Assembly (NCBI GenBank): GCA_047495785.1
Contig: JBLDXI010000033.1
Coordinates: 2,170,001-2,234,000, forward strand
From: Lepidodermella squamata
Taxonomy: Eukaryota; Animalia; Gastrotricha
Length of the DNA: 64,000 bases
Reading direction: 5' to 3'
A program made the position numbers and the translations under genes. The notes beneath the pieces are model-generated. The model had not been told where the DNA came from. It did no database searches and worked only from the letters and a program-made list of their open reading frames with translations. This document shows positions 37,861 through 51,176 of this stretch, one piece after another. Every line of letters starts with the position of its first letter. Position 1 is the stretch's first letter.

Positions 37861-39012
37861 TTTCAATTAAAACTCAGCAAACTCAAGTACAACGAAGTAC
37901 TGACCTATGAAAGATAAAAGAGGGTAAAGGGGGTTGAGGGTTGAATTAGGGCAAGTGTTTGGTGGTTAGTGCGACAAAATTACTTCTTAGTATGATACAA
38001 ATCACACGCTATGATCAATCTTCTATCTTCTATACATTCATTCTTTCATAAAAACGCAACTGGCCCTCTTTCTCAGAGCTAAATAACAACACTGAGGGCT
38101 GAGGGATCATTAAAATTTCACATGCTGAAGCCAATAGATAACGTCAATTTATGAAAAAAAACGACAGGATTGCAATTGACAGAAGTATACCAAATGCCTA
38201 GCCGGTTATCCACAGGACACAAGAAAGAATTCAAAGTTCGAGCTCATTCTCCATTTCTCCATTATCTGACGAAAACTAAAGCGAGATAAGCAGCGAAAAA
38301 CTGTGAACGACTATTCAAGGTCATAAAATAAAAAGAAATAAAGGGTTTCTGTCAATAATTATTTTAAAATCTACGACTTAATTTTATAAAATGAAAAGAA
38401 AACGGAGAAAAATGTGTTATTAGCCGCAGTTGAAATTACTTTTTTAACCTTGACTTTAATTTGTGTAGCCATCTGTCCGCGGTTTTCAGTTTTTGAAGCC
38501 TCAAACAGGTTGAGGGCGCTGCCTTTCAGTGCTTTCCGTTGACAGTTGAAAGAGAGGGCAGGCGGCTTTAGTTGGTCGTAGCAGTAGCCTAATGTTTTGT
38601 ATTGAATTTTGCTGCAATTATTATTCCAGCAAGTAATTATAGTTGACGTTAGCACCTTGTGTTACTGAGCCGACCGTTTATTGGAGTATTTTATTCATTA
38701 GCCACCTTCACCGTTTTAGCTTCACAGTAATATGTGAAGAAAAACAATGGGCTAGCTTCCTGATGGACTTACTAAAAACTGTTGTTGGAGTATCGGAGAA
38801 CGCCTCCAGAGATGTATCGCATTTTTTACTAAGTATCGAATTGAAAGTTTAACGACATGCATGATGCATGTAATGCTGCATATATATCATTTGCCGAAAT
38901 ATTTTGTTCTTCTTAATAACCAACTAATTGCCTTCCTCTTCCATGTCCGAGTTTTTGCTCTGACTCAATTCCGTAACCCAAGTTTTTATTCGGCCACTTT
39001 TTAGGGGAAGTC

Positions 39013-39606
39013 ATGGAGTTTACTCTCGCTATTGTGAAGCCAGACGCCTTTTGTCGTCCTATTGTTCTAAAAGTAACGGCTGTATTCAAACCAAAATGTT
39101 TACGTAATTCGGGGTATTCTATGCAGGCATTGTACGAAGTTCTGGCCCGAAAGTCAATCAGAGTCTGCATGGTGAAAGATATGGAAATGAGCATGAACTT
39201 GGCTAAGTCCTTCTATCAAGAACATGAAGGTACGACAAGAATTTAGCTGAATTTACTGATAAATCTTAGTTTTGCGCTAGGAAAATTTTACTACGATCGG
39301 TTAGTGTTTAATATTACCAGTGGCCCTTTGAGAGCGCACGTCTTGCAAGGTGCGAATGTTATTAAGCAGTGGCGTGTAGTAATTGGCCCCACTAAAGTCA
39401 ATAAGCTTCATTATGAACCATATGAAGATTCGCTTCGGGCTAACTTCGGCCTGAGTGACACAAGAAACTCATTTCACGGGTCTGATTCGCCGTCGTCTGC
39501 ATTACGTGAAAGCTCTCTCATTTTTCCAAGCTTTGACCTTGTGAAGCTTGACAACTGCCCAGACTTATTGCCCGGGCTAGTTGTTCAAAGTGCGGGTTGC
39601 TGTTAA
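39013..39606 (+). CDS. NME6: Nucleoside diphosphate kinase 6; introns 39073-39126 and 39230-39280
   Basis: TLAIVKPDA, FYQEHEGKFYYDRLV, SGP, GPTKV, FGLSDTRNSFHGSDS with the catalytic His. Confidence 0.88.
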
Positions 39607-39675
39607 AAAGATAATGTTTTTTTTATTCGTCTTGTTGCGTCTAGGTTTTTATTTTTAATATTGGTGTAAGTTATT

Positions 39676-41023
39676 ATGACATTGGAGTGCTCCGTTTGTT
39701 TCGAGCTTTCAGATGACAACTACAAATTGAAAACATGTGGCTGCGAGTTTTGTAAACGCTGCGTTCTGAGTTACATCGGAGTTCGTGTCCAATCCGGTGA
39801 CGTGCTAGACATACCATGCTTGTCTTCTCAATGTAAGCAGCCTTTCACACATGAAGAGGTCGACGAGCTTCTTCGAGAATCTTCATCTACCGATATCCAT
39901 GAGCGCTATTTGCGATACAAAGGCAATCGAGATGTAGAACGCGATCCAAATCGGACCTTTTGCCCTAATCCATTATGCTCATGTATATGCGAAATCCCAC
40001 CTAGCCCTGCGTCTAACACCCAAACCTCAGTAACGGTTGATCAGAGCACAAATCCAGATTCGAGCAGTAATAGCCAGCAACCGCCCGTGATAAATCCACC
40101 CTCATTTGCGAGTCCTCGCGCTGTGAAATGTCAAAATTGTGGCTTTCAATTCTGCTCGCTCTGTCACGCATCATGGCTACCTGACCAGGTTGGCCAGTTG
40201 AATAGCAATCAACCGGGGACAATCGACAGTCCGCAAGCTCATCACCCTTTCAGAACCCCATCTTCAACTGCAGCTGCGGCAGCTGCTGCCATTCCTATGG
40301 GCAATTTGTTATTCGGTGCCAATGAGCAATCGCAACAGACTCAAGCATCCCCACACCAATGTGAAGTAACCTACGTAGTAAATCGGCAAAGATGGAATCT
40401 GCTATCTAGGTAATTTTGCAATGCCAGATTTATCGATGTAGATTTTAATCTTTGTTTACTTCAGAATTGGCATAGAAGTAGCGGCTGATGACGTCATGAT
40501 AAAGCGGTGTCCGTGCTGCGGCATCCCGGTGGAGCGCGGACCCGGTTGCGCTCAGATGCTGTGCCTGAACTGCCATCATACGTTCTGCTGGTACTGCTTG
40601 ACCGTATTGGATGGCGACGTGTTTCTGCGGCACTACGAGTCAGGCGTGTGTCGCGCACGTCTCGGCCACACGCCCGGCGATCTGCGCCGCCACCGTGCCC
40701 GCGTCGCCATGGCTCTCACATGCTGCGGCGTCGTCGCCGTCCTCCTCCTACCTGTCATAATCGTCTGTTCACCGTGCATTCTCACCTGCGTCTGCTGCGT
40801 GCGCTCGCTCATAAACAACAGCGCAAGAGGCGCGGCCGGGGCCAATAACGCGAACGCTACGACGAATCGACGGCAGCAGTTCACAAATTTGGAAGGCATT
40901 GCAGCTCAACCGCCGCCTGACTATAGTCAAGTCGTTACTAACAGTAACAATCAGGGCAACCGCACTTCGTCGTCGAATTCCAACAATAACTTGAACATCC
41001 ACCAAAATAACTCGCCAGTGTGA
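39676..41023 (+). CDS. RNF144: RBR E3 ubiquitin ligase RNF144-like with a C-terminal TM helix; intron 40410-40464
   Basis: RING1, IBR and RING2 IKRCPCCGIPVERGPGCAQMLCLNCHHTFCWYCL followed by HYESGVCRARLGH and a Cys-rich TM, as in RNF144. Confidence 0.9.
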
Positions 41024-42169
41024 ATTAAGGGTCTTTATTTTGTTTCATTCAAATCGCGGGATCATTTTAGCTTTCACCTGTAGAGAGTGTTCAGTGGGTC
41101 AGAAATAATGTTGCGCCGTCTTGGACTGCGATTTCCTTCAGACGAAATCGAATATTTTCTGGTCCTTTCTCTATATGCACTTTCACTTTTCTCGTTAAAC
41201 TTTCTTGATTGAAAATGAGTCCCGAATTTCAGGAATTTCAGGGATAATTCCTTTATATTTTTTCTGCGCGTGCAGTCGGTAAGATTATAATGCAGGTAAA
41301 TGGTGTGGGCGCCATCTCGTTTTGAGATGCGATTGTAGCAAAAAGAGAAATACACGTCGTTGAATCTGGAATGTTGTCGGTAAAATATCACGGCTTCTAG
41401 TTTTTTCAGTCACATTTTTTTGTTGAGTTTCCATGCGCGCGATTTCAATATCGCGAGCGAATTACGTATTTTTCGTGCGCAAAATGGCCTTCTCATATCG
41501 CAGAAAATGCCATATGATGCTTCTCTTCGGTTGAGTTATGAAGATTTATTGTTATTTTTTTGAATTTCGGAATTATGGAGTTGCTAAGAGAGAAAGAAAG
41601 AATACTTTATTGTTAACATTATCTTTATTGAAAAAATATTATCTTCAGTTTTTATTTTTATATTCAGCTGTCGATGAAGCGAGAAATTTTCTGATGAGCG
41701 TTTGTTTATATGATGATATATCGTTATACAAATATATATGGAATTATCATGGCACTTGGTAAAAAATGTCGAAAACCCGAATAAAAACAAATGATGGTGG
41801 CTACATGTTTTTGTCTTCACTTTTTTATTTCGAATCGAGTATAGGGCAACTGGAAATGAATTTGCATAAAGCTGCGGCGAAATACAATGTTACAATGGGC
41901 AATAATATAATGAATGACAGACACCCGCCACTACACAATAAGTTTGTCACATCCGAAATACACGCAACGACCTCGAAACAAATACAAGCACACACCAATT
42001 CAGCATGATCCAACGATTTGAGCAAAGGCCTGTCTGGTTCTTTAATCCAATTTGATTGGATACAATTATCATATTCAGTATGGTACAAACAAAAAAGTCA
42101 CAAGTCGCTTCGCAGCTTGTTGCGTTATTGACCGTTTTTCATTGCGAAATTCATGTCGGAACACACCCC

Positions 42170-44604
42170 TCAGGTTCTCAACTGGTAGTAGACAATACCC
42201 TGAAATAACATGGTCAATTAGTGAGAGATTCGTTGTTTTCAGAGTTTAAACTTACGTGAGGGCTAGGTTCGGGATTGACGCATTTGTTGGACTTGATGTA
42301 GCACTTGTTCTCGAACTGATCGAAGGCGAAACCGAGACACTTGGTCGTATGGATGCAGCGAAGAGCGCACTCGCCAAGGGGCGCCACTACCTGTTCGATG
42401 ACACTTCCACGGCAGTTGCCAGCTAGTGCGGTGTAGTACTCGAGCACCTTCTCCTTGGGCGGCTCGCCACTCGGACGGATCGCGTGGTGGTTTGCGCGGT
42501 TTTCACCGTACTGGCTCGCGGTGGAGACTAGCGATCGTCGCGCCATTAGCGAGGACTGGTCGTGGCCAAGGCTGTTGCGGGCGCGCAGTTTTTTCTGCTG
42601 CGCGTTGTGCATCTGCTGGAGGGCGGCGCCGAGGCTAGGCGAGGTTTTGTTTAAATTGTTTTGCAAAAAATCGTAAAAAGCAAACAATTTTTCAGACTTG
42701 GACGAAGGCGGCGTAGCATCGGCGCCATCATCGCTGCCGCCGTCACCCTGGGTCGCTGCTACGTTGTTCGAAGATCCGCTCGAAGACGGGGTTTTATCCA
42801 TCAAAGCGCCGATTTTCCGGTAATAGACCCATGCAGAGCTCGTGATGGGGGTGGAGCATGACTCAGCTCGCAGGTAGCACTCATGAGGAGAAGACACGTA
42901 CAGGTTCACTGAGAAGCCGGAGCAGTCAACACGGCGGTGGCACTTCCTCGCGCATTCGTAGACGTTCAGTTCGTAGACTTTGTTGTCCAACAATGGGCTC
43001 TGGCAATCGCCCTCAAGCCGTTCGTAGCCGTGGAGGACCTTGCGTTCTGAAGAACGAGATTCGCGGCTGTGACGAGGGTAACCGTTGTGGTGGTTGTGGC
43101 GCCTGTTACTATTCATCATGAATCGCTCCTCAGAAGACGTATAGCCTTTGTAGTGAGCAGGGCTCATAATTGGAGGCATCATTGGCATCGGCGCGGGAGG
43201 AGGTGCTCCGCCGCCGTAGGGTGACGAGCCACCTAGAGCTGCGAAGGGCGAACCACCTTGAGCAGCAGCGGCTGCTGCGGCGAGGATGCTAGGAGGGGCC
43301 CCAGCCATTCCGGCGAGCCCAGCTCCTCCCATCGCTCCCCCCATCATACCAGGTGGGCTATTGGCTCGACTAAGAATGAAGTTGAGCAGACTCAGAATGT
43401 CAGGCATGCCAGATGAACCGAAAACTGAAAAATATATAATTAAAATTATAAGAACTTTTATTGAATTATGAACCAACGTTTCTTGAAGACCTGCTTCTGT
43501 TGGCAGTGGCCGATGAAGCGGCAAATGTGGTGGTTCTGGTCGTAGGAAAACGCCTGGCAACCGGCATCGGCGAGGCAGTATTGCGCGCAAGTGAAAACAG
43601 TCGAAGTCTTGAAATGCTTGTCGCTATCGCAGATCTGATCGTAAGTCGACAGGTAGGCACGTAAAATCTCGGTATTCGGCTCGTCACTGATGCGAATTGG
43701 CGGCAAGTCGAATGGTTGAACGTCATAGCCGGATGGGGGCATGGGTGGGGGCGGATAAGGTGCGTGGACTTTGTGAGCCCTTGGTTGCTTTTCTGCGGAC
43801 AAGAAGATGTTTAATTGTAAATTTTAGGGAATTTGTTAAGCCTGAAAAACTCAAGACATACTGCGGCAAAAACCGAAGCGCGACGAGTAAGTCGGAAAGC
43901 GGCATTCAGTGTGTTGCAGGGTGCATGAAAATGGCTTCGCCTTGCCGTCGGCGTCCTTGTCCCAGCTGAAGCCGAGACATTCAGCATTCAGGTTGCATTG
44001 CGATGCGCAGCGCTCGCGGTTGAACGCCAGTGGGTTGCCGATGGGTGAGTCCGCACAGTAGCCGATGATTTCTTCGTAGCGAGGCGGGCAAGCGTCGCTC
44101 GGTGGGCGGGCATCTCCCGCCGACGATCTGTCATCGGCGCCATGCCAGCGCGATTTAGGGTGGGCGATGGATGATTGACTAGGCGATGGCCAGATGCCCT
44201 CTTCGTTGTGGTTAGAATTCGGTCCGGTCGGCATGGCGTCGAGCGGTGCGGAGGCGGAGGGTGGCGCAGCTACGTCATCGCTCGTCTGGATATTACTCTT
44301 GTCGCCTTGTTGTAATTGCTGCTGCTGATGATGAGCTGCCTCGAGCAGGCGCGACAGGTCCCGCTCGGCTTCCTCCGCGACTTTCACTTTAGTGAGGTCA
44401 TCACAAAATCCAGTTAGAGCAAAGCAAAAGAAATATCACAGACAGGAATCACAGGTAAAAGCAAAACAAAAAATAAATCAAATGTTAGTCGCGGTGAGCA
44501 AAATTTAATTAGCATCAAAGTTGCAACTCACTGTTGTACGGCTTAGCGCCTTTTAGGATGACTAGGCCTAGAACGACCAGGGGAATGAGGCTAAATCTAG
44601 CCAT
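42170..44604 (-). CDS. Secreted PAN/apple-repeat protein P1 (4 PAN-like domains), 5 exons
   Basis: Signal exon MARFSLIPLVVLGLVILKGAKPYN (44532-44604); repeats of G-x-C...C-A-x-x-C...C-x-G-F...C-x-L...C...YYRK; last exon GIVYYQLRT*. Missed as one gene by the ORF track. Confidence 0.85.
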
Positions 44605-45886
44605 GAAGATCGCTCAGAAAAATAAACTAACGCGAAAGTTCTCTATTCCCAACTTTTCGCCAAGTTGAAATCACGCTAAATGTCAGGTGGAATCCTTGTT
44701 GGCCCCGAAATTCGGCGCTATTTAAACGTGCCCTAGCAACCGGCCTCTCAGTAAATGGTGGTGATTTTAAGGCAGCGCAAATATGGACATCGCCTATGTG
44801 CGGTTGCAAAGTAGCGGTGGTTTGTTGTTTGCTTCGTTTTTGACGCGACCCGTTAAAAGGCGTTATTTCAGGCTAAAAATTTCCGTTGGTAAATATCGGC
44901 ACGGGCAAATTTTTAGCGGCCAATTTACGGCCCGAGCAGGACGAAGCAAAATTTAGCTGATATTTATTTAAATTTTTAGCCCACTGTTGATGGAATGCGT
45001 ACATGCGGTGGAGCCTGGCCGGGCAGGTGTTTGATCTAGCTGCTATTAGTCGACGCGTGTGTATGCTCGGCTTTTTATTCTGACTCGTAATTTTATTTGC
45101 GCAATTTTTAAAGATGGCAACTTTTGCCCGCTACCGACGCCCAAATAATGCGACATTTAGCGAACAAACAAGCGCTAGAAAAACCACGTCTTCAAAAACT
45201 ACCTGAGAAAAATTTGGTATATACATGCTTTAAGGTAGCTACAGTTTGTTTTTCCACAGAGTGCTCTAATAAAAAGATTCGTCCTCATGGAAACAGATCC
45301 TTCGTCTTCATAATAATATCAACATCGGTAACGATTTTTCTGCCTCTCCGTGACTACGGTACATTTTTCTTTTAATAACATATTTTCCCACTTTGCAGAT
45401 TTCTTTAACCTGAAAATAATTCGTCGAAGCACTCGTTAGATTTTAGAAAATAATTTTTTTTACTTATTTTCGGCTCAATATTAAAGGATCCGTACATTTT
45501 CCAAAAATAATGTCAGCCTCAAATGAATGTCAGGGTAAAGGTATTTCAATTTTAGGACCACCTGAATGCTTATCCGTGAGCCCGTAAACTTTGGTCGCTA
45601 GGTCGACCATTCGAAAATAATAAGAATGCCATGGTTTTTAAATTCGACAAAATTAGTTTACGGCTTCGCGAACACTCGTATCCGAACTTAGGCAACGCGA
45701 GGTCAAACGTGATCAACAACTACCAGGGAAACTCCAACTTCAAGCTTGCCTAATGCTAGAATCACTTCGACTGTTGGCATTGAGAAAAGTACTGGTCCCG
45801 TAAGAAACCTGATCGTTTGTGCTTTGACTCATCCATCTTATTTTCAAGCCGCTCCACCAGATCTGTCACGAAAAAATCGATTGATA

Positions 45887-46022
45887 CAGTGGAACCCCGA
45901 TTCCCGGTAGTTTTGCTTGTAATTGCCCTCTGCGGGTCGTTCCTAAGTCGTTCCTAAATATTTACATATCGCGATTTCCCGTCAGACGGGAAACCAGGTG
46001 ACGGGAAATCGGGGTTCCACTG
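45887..46022. mobile_element. TA-flanked MITE, pogo/Tigger-like
   Basis: TIRs CAGTGGAACCCCGATT / AATCGGGGTTCCACTG; TA at 45885-86 and 46023-24; 136 bp. Confidence 0.88.
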
Positions 46023-47180
46023 TATTTATGCTGATAATGAGGGAACGGTTTAAAAACAAATGCAAGCATTAATTCAGAGAACTATATTTCAGCCGTTCTC
46101 CAGATCTGTTATTGAAAAACCAATCATTAATTAGAGGCTACTCCATTAAGTAATTATAGCTAGCCCAAGGGGAAAGCGACAGCAATTCGTCCCCAGTTCA
46201 TTAACCTCGTAAAATTTTTGAGTTCAAGTTCAATAGGGAAATGTCAAAACTGTGGAAAACCAACAATATCATTACGAAGAATTTGCATAATTGTACAAAA
46301 TTTTTATTGTTTCTTTTTTTATCATTATCATTAATGTTTGTCGCCTCGGCGCTATAATGTTAGGAGGTGAGAAGATGAGCATGATGAGAAAATCGATCTG
46401 GCGAGAATACTGCGGATTCAGCATTGAGAACGACGCCCATTATTCCGGATATCGTCATTCTGATTGAGCACAAGAGTTGACTAAGAAGGTCTGCTCTTCT
46501 AATGGAAGAGCTTGTGATAACAACGCCCGATTTCTTCGATCTACCTTAATATCAACGACGATTATATTTACGTGAGAAATTATAGGTTAACTGCGCGTTT
46601 TTAAATCTAGGAGAAAACTGAAAACAACTCGAAATTCGAGTTATCAATTAATACTGAGTCGCAATTTTTTTGATCAAGGTAGCGCCAGGTGAGGTGACAG
46701 TATACAAGAACTAGTTAATAATAAAATTACATTGTAACAACAATACAAATACAAAAACGAGAAGAGAGAGAGAGACAGAGAAATAAAACAGAAATGCGAT
46801 CGAGACAAAGAAAGAAAATTTGTTTATAACACAAAGTAGTAAAAGAAGATAGTTTCTCTACTTTTTTCATCATCAAATCAGTCAATAATTTAAACGAGAG
46901 TGCAGATGATGGGGGATGACACATGGAGGCTGGAGATGAGCAACACAATTTTCTTCCTTCGCATTTAACAATCACAACAAACTAAATAATAGAATAATTT
47001 CCGCCAGCAATATCGCGTCGGTTTTTTTTCTGTTTTTATTCACTCGTTCACAACCGCAAAAAGGTGAGGAAATAGGGAGTCTCCATGTATTAGAGCTTCA
47101 AATGTATATCAACAAACAATCATACACAACCGGCATTTGTAAAAAGTGGCATGGCTTCGATGCTTTCAGCCGCCCTCTGC

Positions 47181-50100
47181 TTACAACTTGGTGTAATAGA
47201 TGAATTTGTGCGGGTTCGGGTTCTTGCAAGGGCCGTCCTTCAACACGCATTTCGAGTCTTCTTGAGCGAACGCGAAGCCTGAAATAAAATTAATCAAATA
47301 TTAATAAAATTATTAAAATTAAATTAGATTAATTTTAATTAAATTTTTTAACAATTTTATACCTGCACAAGTCGGTGCCGAATTACACCTGTCAGCACAC
47401 GAGTCGATGGTCATAGGCTGGAAAATTTCCTGCAACACGTGACCCGGGCAGTTGCCGTCCAAGCTCTTGTAGCCGATTATACTCCTCGACCCGGCCGACG
47501 AAGCCGCCCCGGTTTCAACGTGCTGACTCACGGGTTCCGGCGCCGGCTCCGGGTGGCTGTAAGTCTCCGACTGCCGCGCCGCCGAGGACGGTCCATTGGG
47601 AGCGCAGTGTTGTTCGCATTCTTCCAGACTCAAGAAATTGTTGTTGTTACCCTCACAGCCGCCGAATACAAACTCCTCGCACTGGTTCGAGTTGTAGAAC
47701 CAGCGGCGCAGGTTGGCCTTGCACGGTCCGGTGTCTGGCGGCAGGTTGCAACGCGGCGCTAGGTGGCCACCAGCTGCCCGGGCAGGCTGCGACTCGAACG
47801 ACTCGTGCCGTTGCGTCGTGAACTGCTCAGCCAACCGGCGGAAAATCTGCGCGCCGTTGCAATCGAACGAGAAGATCAACCGGCACATGTTGCCATTGCC
47901 GATGTACGAATAGCCCTGGCAGTTCGAGTCGACCAAGCAGCGATCCGCGCACTGCGCCTTGTTATCGACCCAGAACTCGCCGGTCTGGTCCAGGCACATG
48001 CCGTCGTGAACGACAAAGGCAGTCGGGGGAGGGTTGCTGCCGCCGCTGCTCGAACCGGCCGTCATGTCCTCGCCGCGGTTGTAGAACCTGAACGCCGAGT
48101 CTTCCCTTGGGTGCCAGCAGCGTTGCGCGTTGAGTTGGCACTCGAGTGGCGGCTGGTCTCGCATGATTTGAACGCTGAAGCCGAGGCATTTCGGGTGGTT
48201 GTAGCACTCAGTGGCACAGGCTTCTTTATTCGGAACCGGCAGCGATACGATGGGAGTCCCCTCGCAGTTGCCCTCGACGGCGTTGAAATGGCTCTGGAAA
48301 ATTCGCCGGCTCTCTTCGGATGGCGCCGGGTTGTTGCGACCCGCCGACCTCGTCTCCGCGCCGCCGTACTCATTCGACGCCGGCGCGCTGGGCACTGCGG
48401 AATCCAGCCGGCGGTAGAACGTCCACATCGAGTGCGGCCCGGACATTTCGCAATCGCGCAGTTTTCCGATGCATTTGAACGGACTGCCTGTCGCGGTTTT
48501 GTCCCAGGTGAAACCGCCGCATTTCGGGTTGCTCATACACTCCTTCGCGCATTGCTCGAGGCTGAGGTCGGCGTAGGACGAGTCGATGCTACCGCCCTTA
48601 CAGTGTTCGTTTGTATCTTCGAAGTGAGACAGCGGCGATGACGATTCAGCGACGTGTTGGCGAGCAGGCTCGGGCGCGGGTTCAGCCGGGGCTGGTTCGT
48701 AGGGTGTCTCAACCGGGGCTGAACTGCTGTGTTGCTTCAACTTGCGGTAAAACGTCCAAACACTGTGCGGGCCGATGTTCTCGCAGCCCTTTGCCTTTAG
48801 TATGCAGAGATGAGGCGCGGATGTTCGCGTGTGGTCAATCGTAAAGCCGATGCAACCAGGCCGGTTCCAGCACTCTCTCGCGCACTGCTGCAGGTCCCAG
48901 TTTTCGGGGACGTCACTCAACGACGCACCCTTGCAATGAGCCCCTGTGTTTTCGTAGTTTTCAGATGCAAAGTCGCCGCCGCTGGGATGTGGCCGATGCG
49001 TCTCCTCGACTGGCGGCGGAGGCGGGTGGTACGGCTCTTCGATGATCGGAGGTGCCGCTGGAGGTGCTTCAGTCACGTCATAGCCGTTATTCTCGTTACT
49101 GTTCGTTTCAATCATCACGTGACTTTCTTCCGGATCTAACGCTGTTGGCTGCTCGATGGGTTCCGCTGGCAATTGAGGCGGAACGAACGGATGGGTCGAT
49201 ACCTCAATTATTTTCGCTGGAGTTTCAGTCACAGTCGATGAGGTTGACGCCGATGTGGCTGGCTCGGTTTTCACCGAAGTTTCAACCGAGCTCGTCAGAT
49301 TAACGACCGGGACTGTCGGGAACGTCGGGAACGTGACAACCGGCACGGCCACGGTTGGTGGTGGCGATGATTCATTCTTGAAAACCTCAACTTCACTTGT
49401 GTTCAAGTAAGTTACTTCCAGGCTTTCGCTGCCGTTGAACCCGAGCATGGTTTCGTTAGCGAGAATGGTGGCCGAAGTCACGCCAAGATCGGGCAGGTCG
49501 GTTTCGGAACTGGTTTCCAATCCCCCTATTAGGCCGGTTCCGTCAATTTCCGTCTCAGGGCCCTGAGGCGGCACTTGCGGGAACAACGGGAAAGGCGGCA
49601 GGGTGAGTGGGGTCGGACCACCTGGGTACAGCGGCACAGCCCATGGAGGCAACGAGCCAGTTCCAAGATTGCCAAGACTTTGAGGACCTAATGACACAAA
49701 GAAAAGATATCAACAATTGAAAATATAAAAAAAATATTCAAATTAAAAAATCAATTTCAAATTGTTCTTCTAGATTTATAAATTATAGAAAATTGAATTA
49801 AATTTGACAAACATTAATTTAATGAATAAAAAATATTGACAAAATGTTTGCTGCATAGAATTTTTCTAAATTATCCTAAATTAGAAAAGAAATAATATTT
49901 ACCCATGAGTGCGCTCTTTTTGTTGTAAGTGTACCAGTTGCGGCCAACATCGACAGCGCGTGACAGCGAGCAGGTCGACGTGCGAAGCAAGCATCGGCTG
50001 TTATCGGCGTTGTAAGCGCCGGACAAGCAGTTCGAAAGACGCTGGCAAAGCGTTAAACAATCGGCAATTGACACGGGAGCAAGCGGATTCGCAGGATGGA

Positions 50101-51176
50101 TGAAGTCTTCGGCGCAATAGCCGTGCACGAGTTCAAAATCACTTGGAATGTCTGAAAATTATTGGGCATTAAAAAATTCATTTATTTTCAGTAAATTTCA
50201 ACGAACCTTCACAACGATCACTGCAAATCGGGCCGATTGTCACAGGAGTCACGTAATGCTTGCCTATAGTATCTGTTACTTCGCTATACTCACCGCCCGA
50301 ATACGGGAAGTGGAAGAAAAGACACCTTTGCATGTCGGTAAATAGGTCAACGTCCTGAAAACCAGGTCAGAATTTTTTAAGAAAAAACGAACAATTTTTT
50401 CCGTTACATACCTGATCGTAATCGCCGGTATCGGCTCGCCGTACGAAGTAGAAAATTGTCATATTCGACTCTTGTTTCCATTCCCAGTTGATGATGTTGT
50501 CAACGTGGTCTTTCACTGGGGACGTGTAGCCGCTGATCCACCGGTCGGACACGTACAACCGCTGGCCGCTTGTGTCCATGCCGGCGATGATGGCATCTGA
50601 ATGCGGCATGTTGCGATCGGCCGAAAAGCCGACACCTAGCCACCGATTAGGGCCCAGCGCCAGGCTGGCGATTAAGAAATGAACGACGATGCCGCCGGTT
50701 GACAACTGTTCACTCCTCCACTTGCCGAGAAATATGCATGTGGATGAATCACAGCCGGGCGGAAACCGGAAGGTGCACGGAGAGGGGTTCGCAAAAATAT
50801 CTGATGAGCGTATATTTATTAAGGAGGGTGACCAATGGTTATTATTTGTTTATTACCTTCAAGAGGGCCGTATAACTCCTCGGCCATCGCTTCGATTCCA
50901 ACGTACCAATGAACTGCGAAAACAGTCAAAGAGACGAATTTAAGATAGGCCAGAAATTGCCTCATCTTGTCATGGCAGAAATGTAATGACTACTGGCTAA
51001 GTAAGTGTTTGATCAAGTATGAGGTATATAGCTGCGATGACGCGGCTAATTAAAAATGTATTAAAAATAATAGTAAAATTTGCAAACAAACTTGGCGCCG
51101 TTATCGCTGAAATAGCCGGCGTGACAACGGCTAGCATTATCAGTAGAAGCTGGGTCATCCTTGTCGTTGTTGTCAT
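47181..51176 (-). CDS. Secreted mosaic protein P2: DOMON, PAN, Pro/Thr-rich linker, 4 PAN, Kunitz, PAN
   Basis: Signal MTQLLLIMLAVVTPAISA; DOMON WLGVGFSADRNMPHSDAII...VSDRW...FVRRADTGD; Kunitz CNLPPDTGPCKANLRRWFYN...FVFGGCEGNNNNFLSLEECEQHC; six PAN-like repeats; stop at 47183-47181. Confidence 0.85.

Noticed and set aside
44387-47185. P2 and P1 as one giant gene via the GTAAGC overlapping the P2 stop codon
   Set aside because: Donor is phase 2 but the P1 acceptor is phase 1, and P1 has its own signal-peptide exon at 44532-44604.
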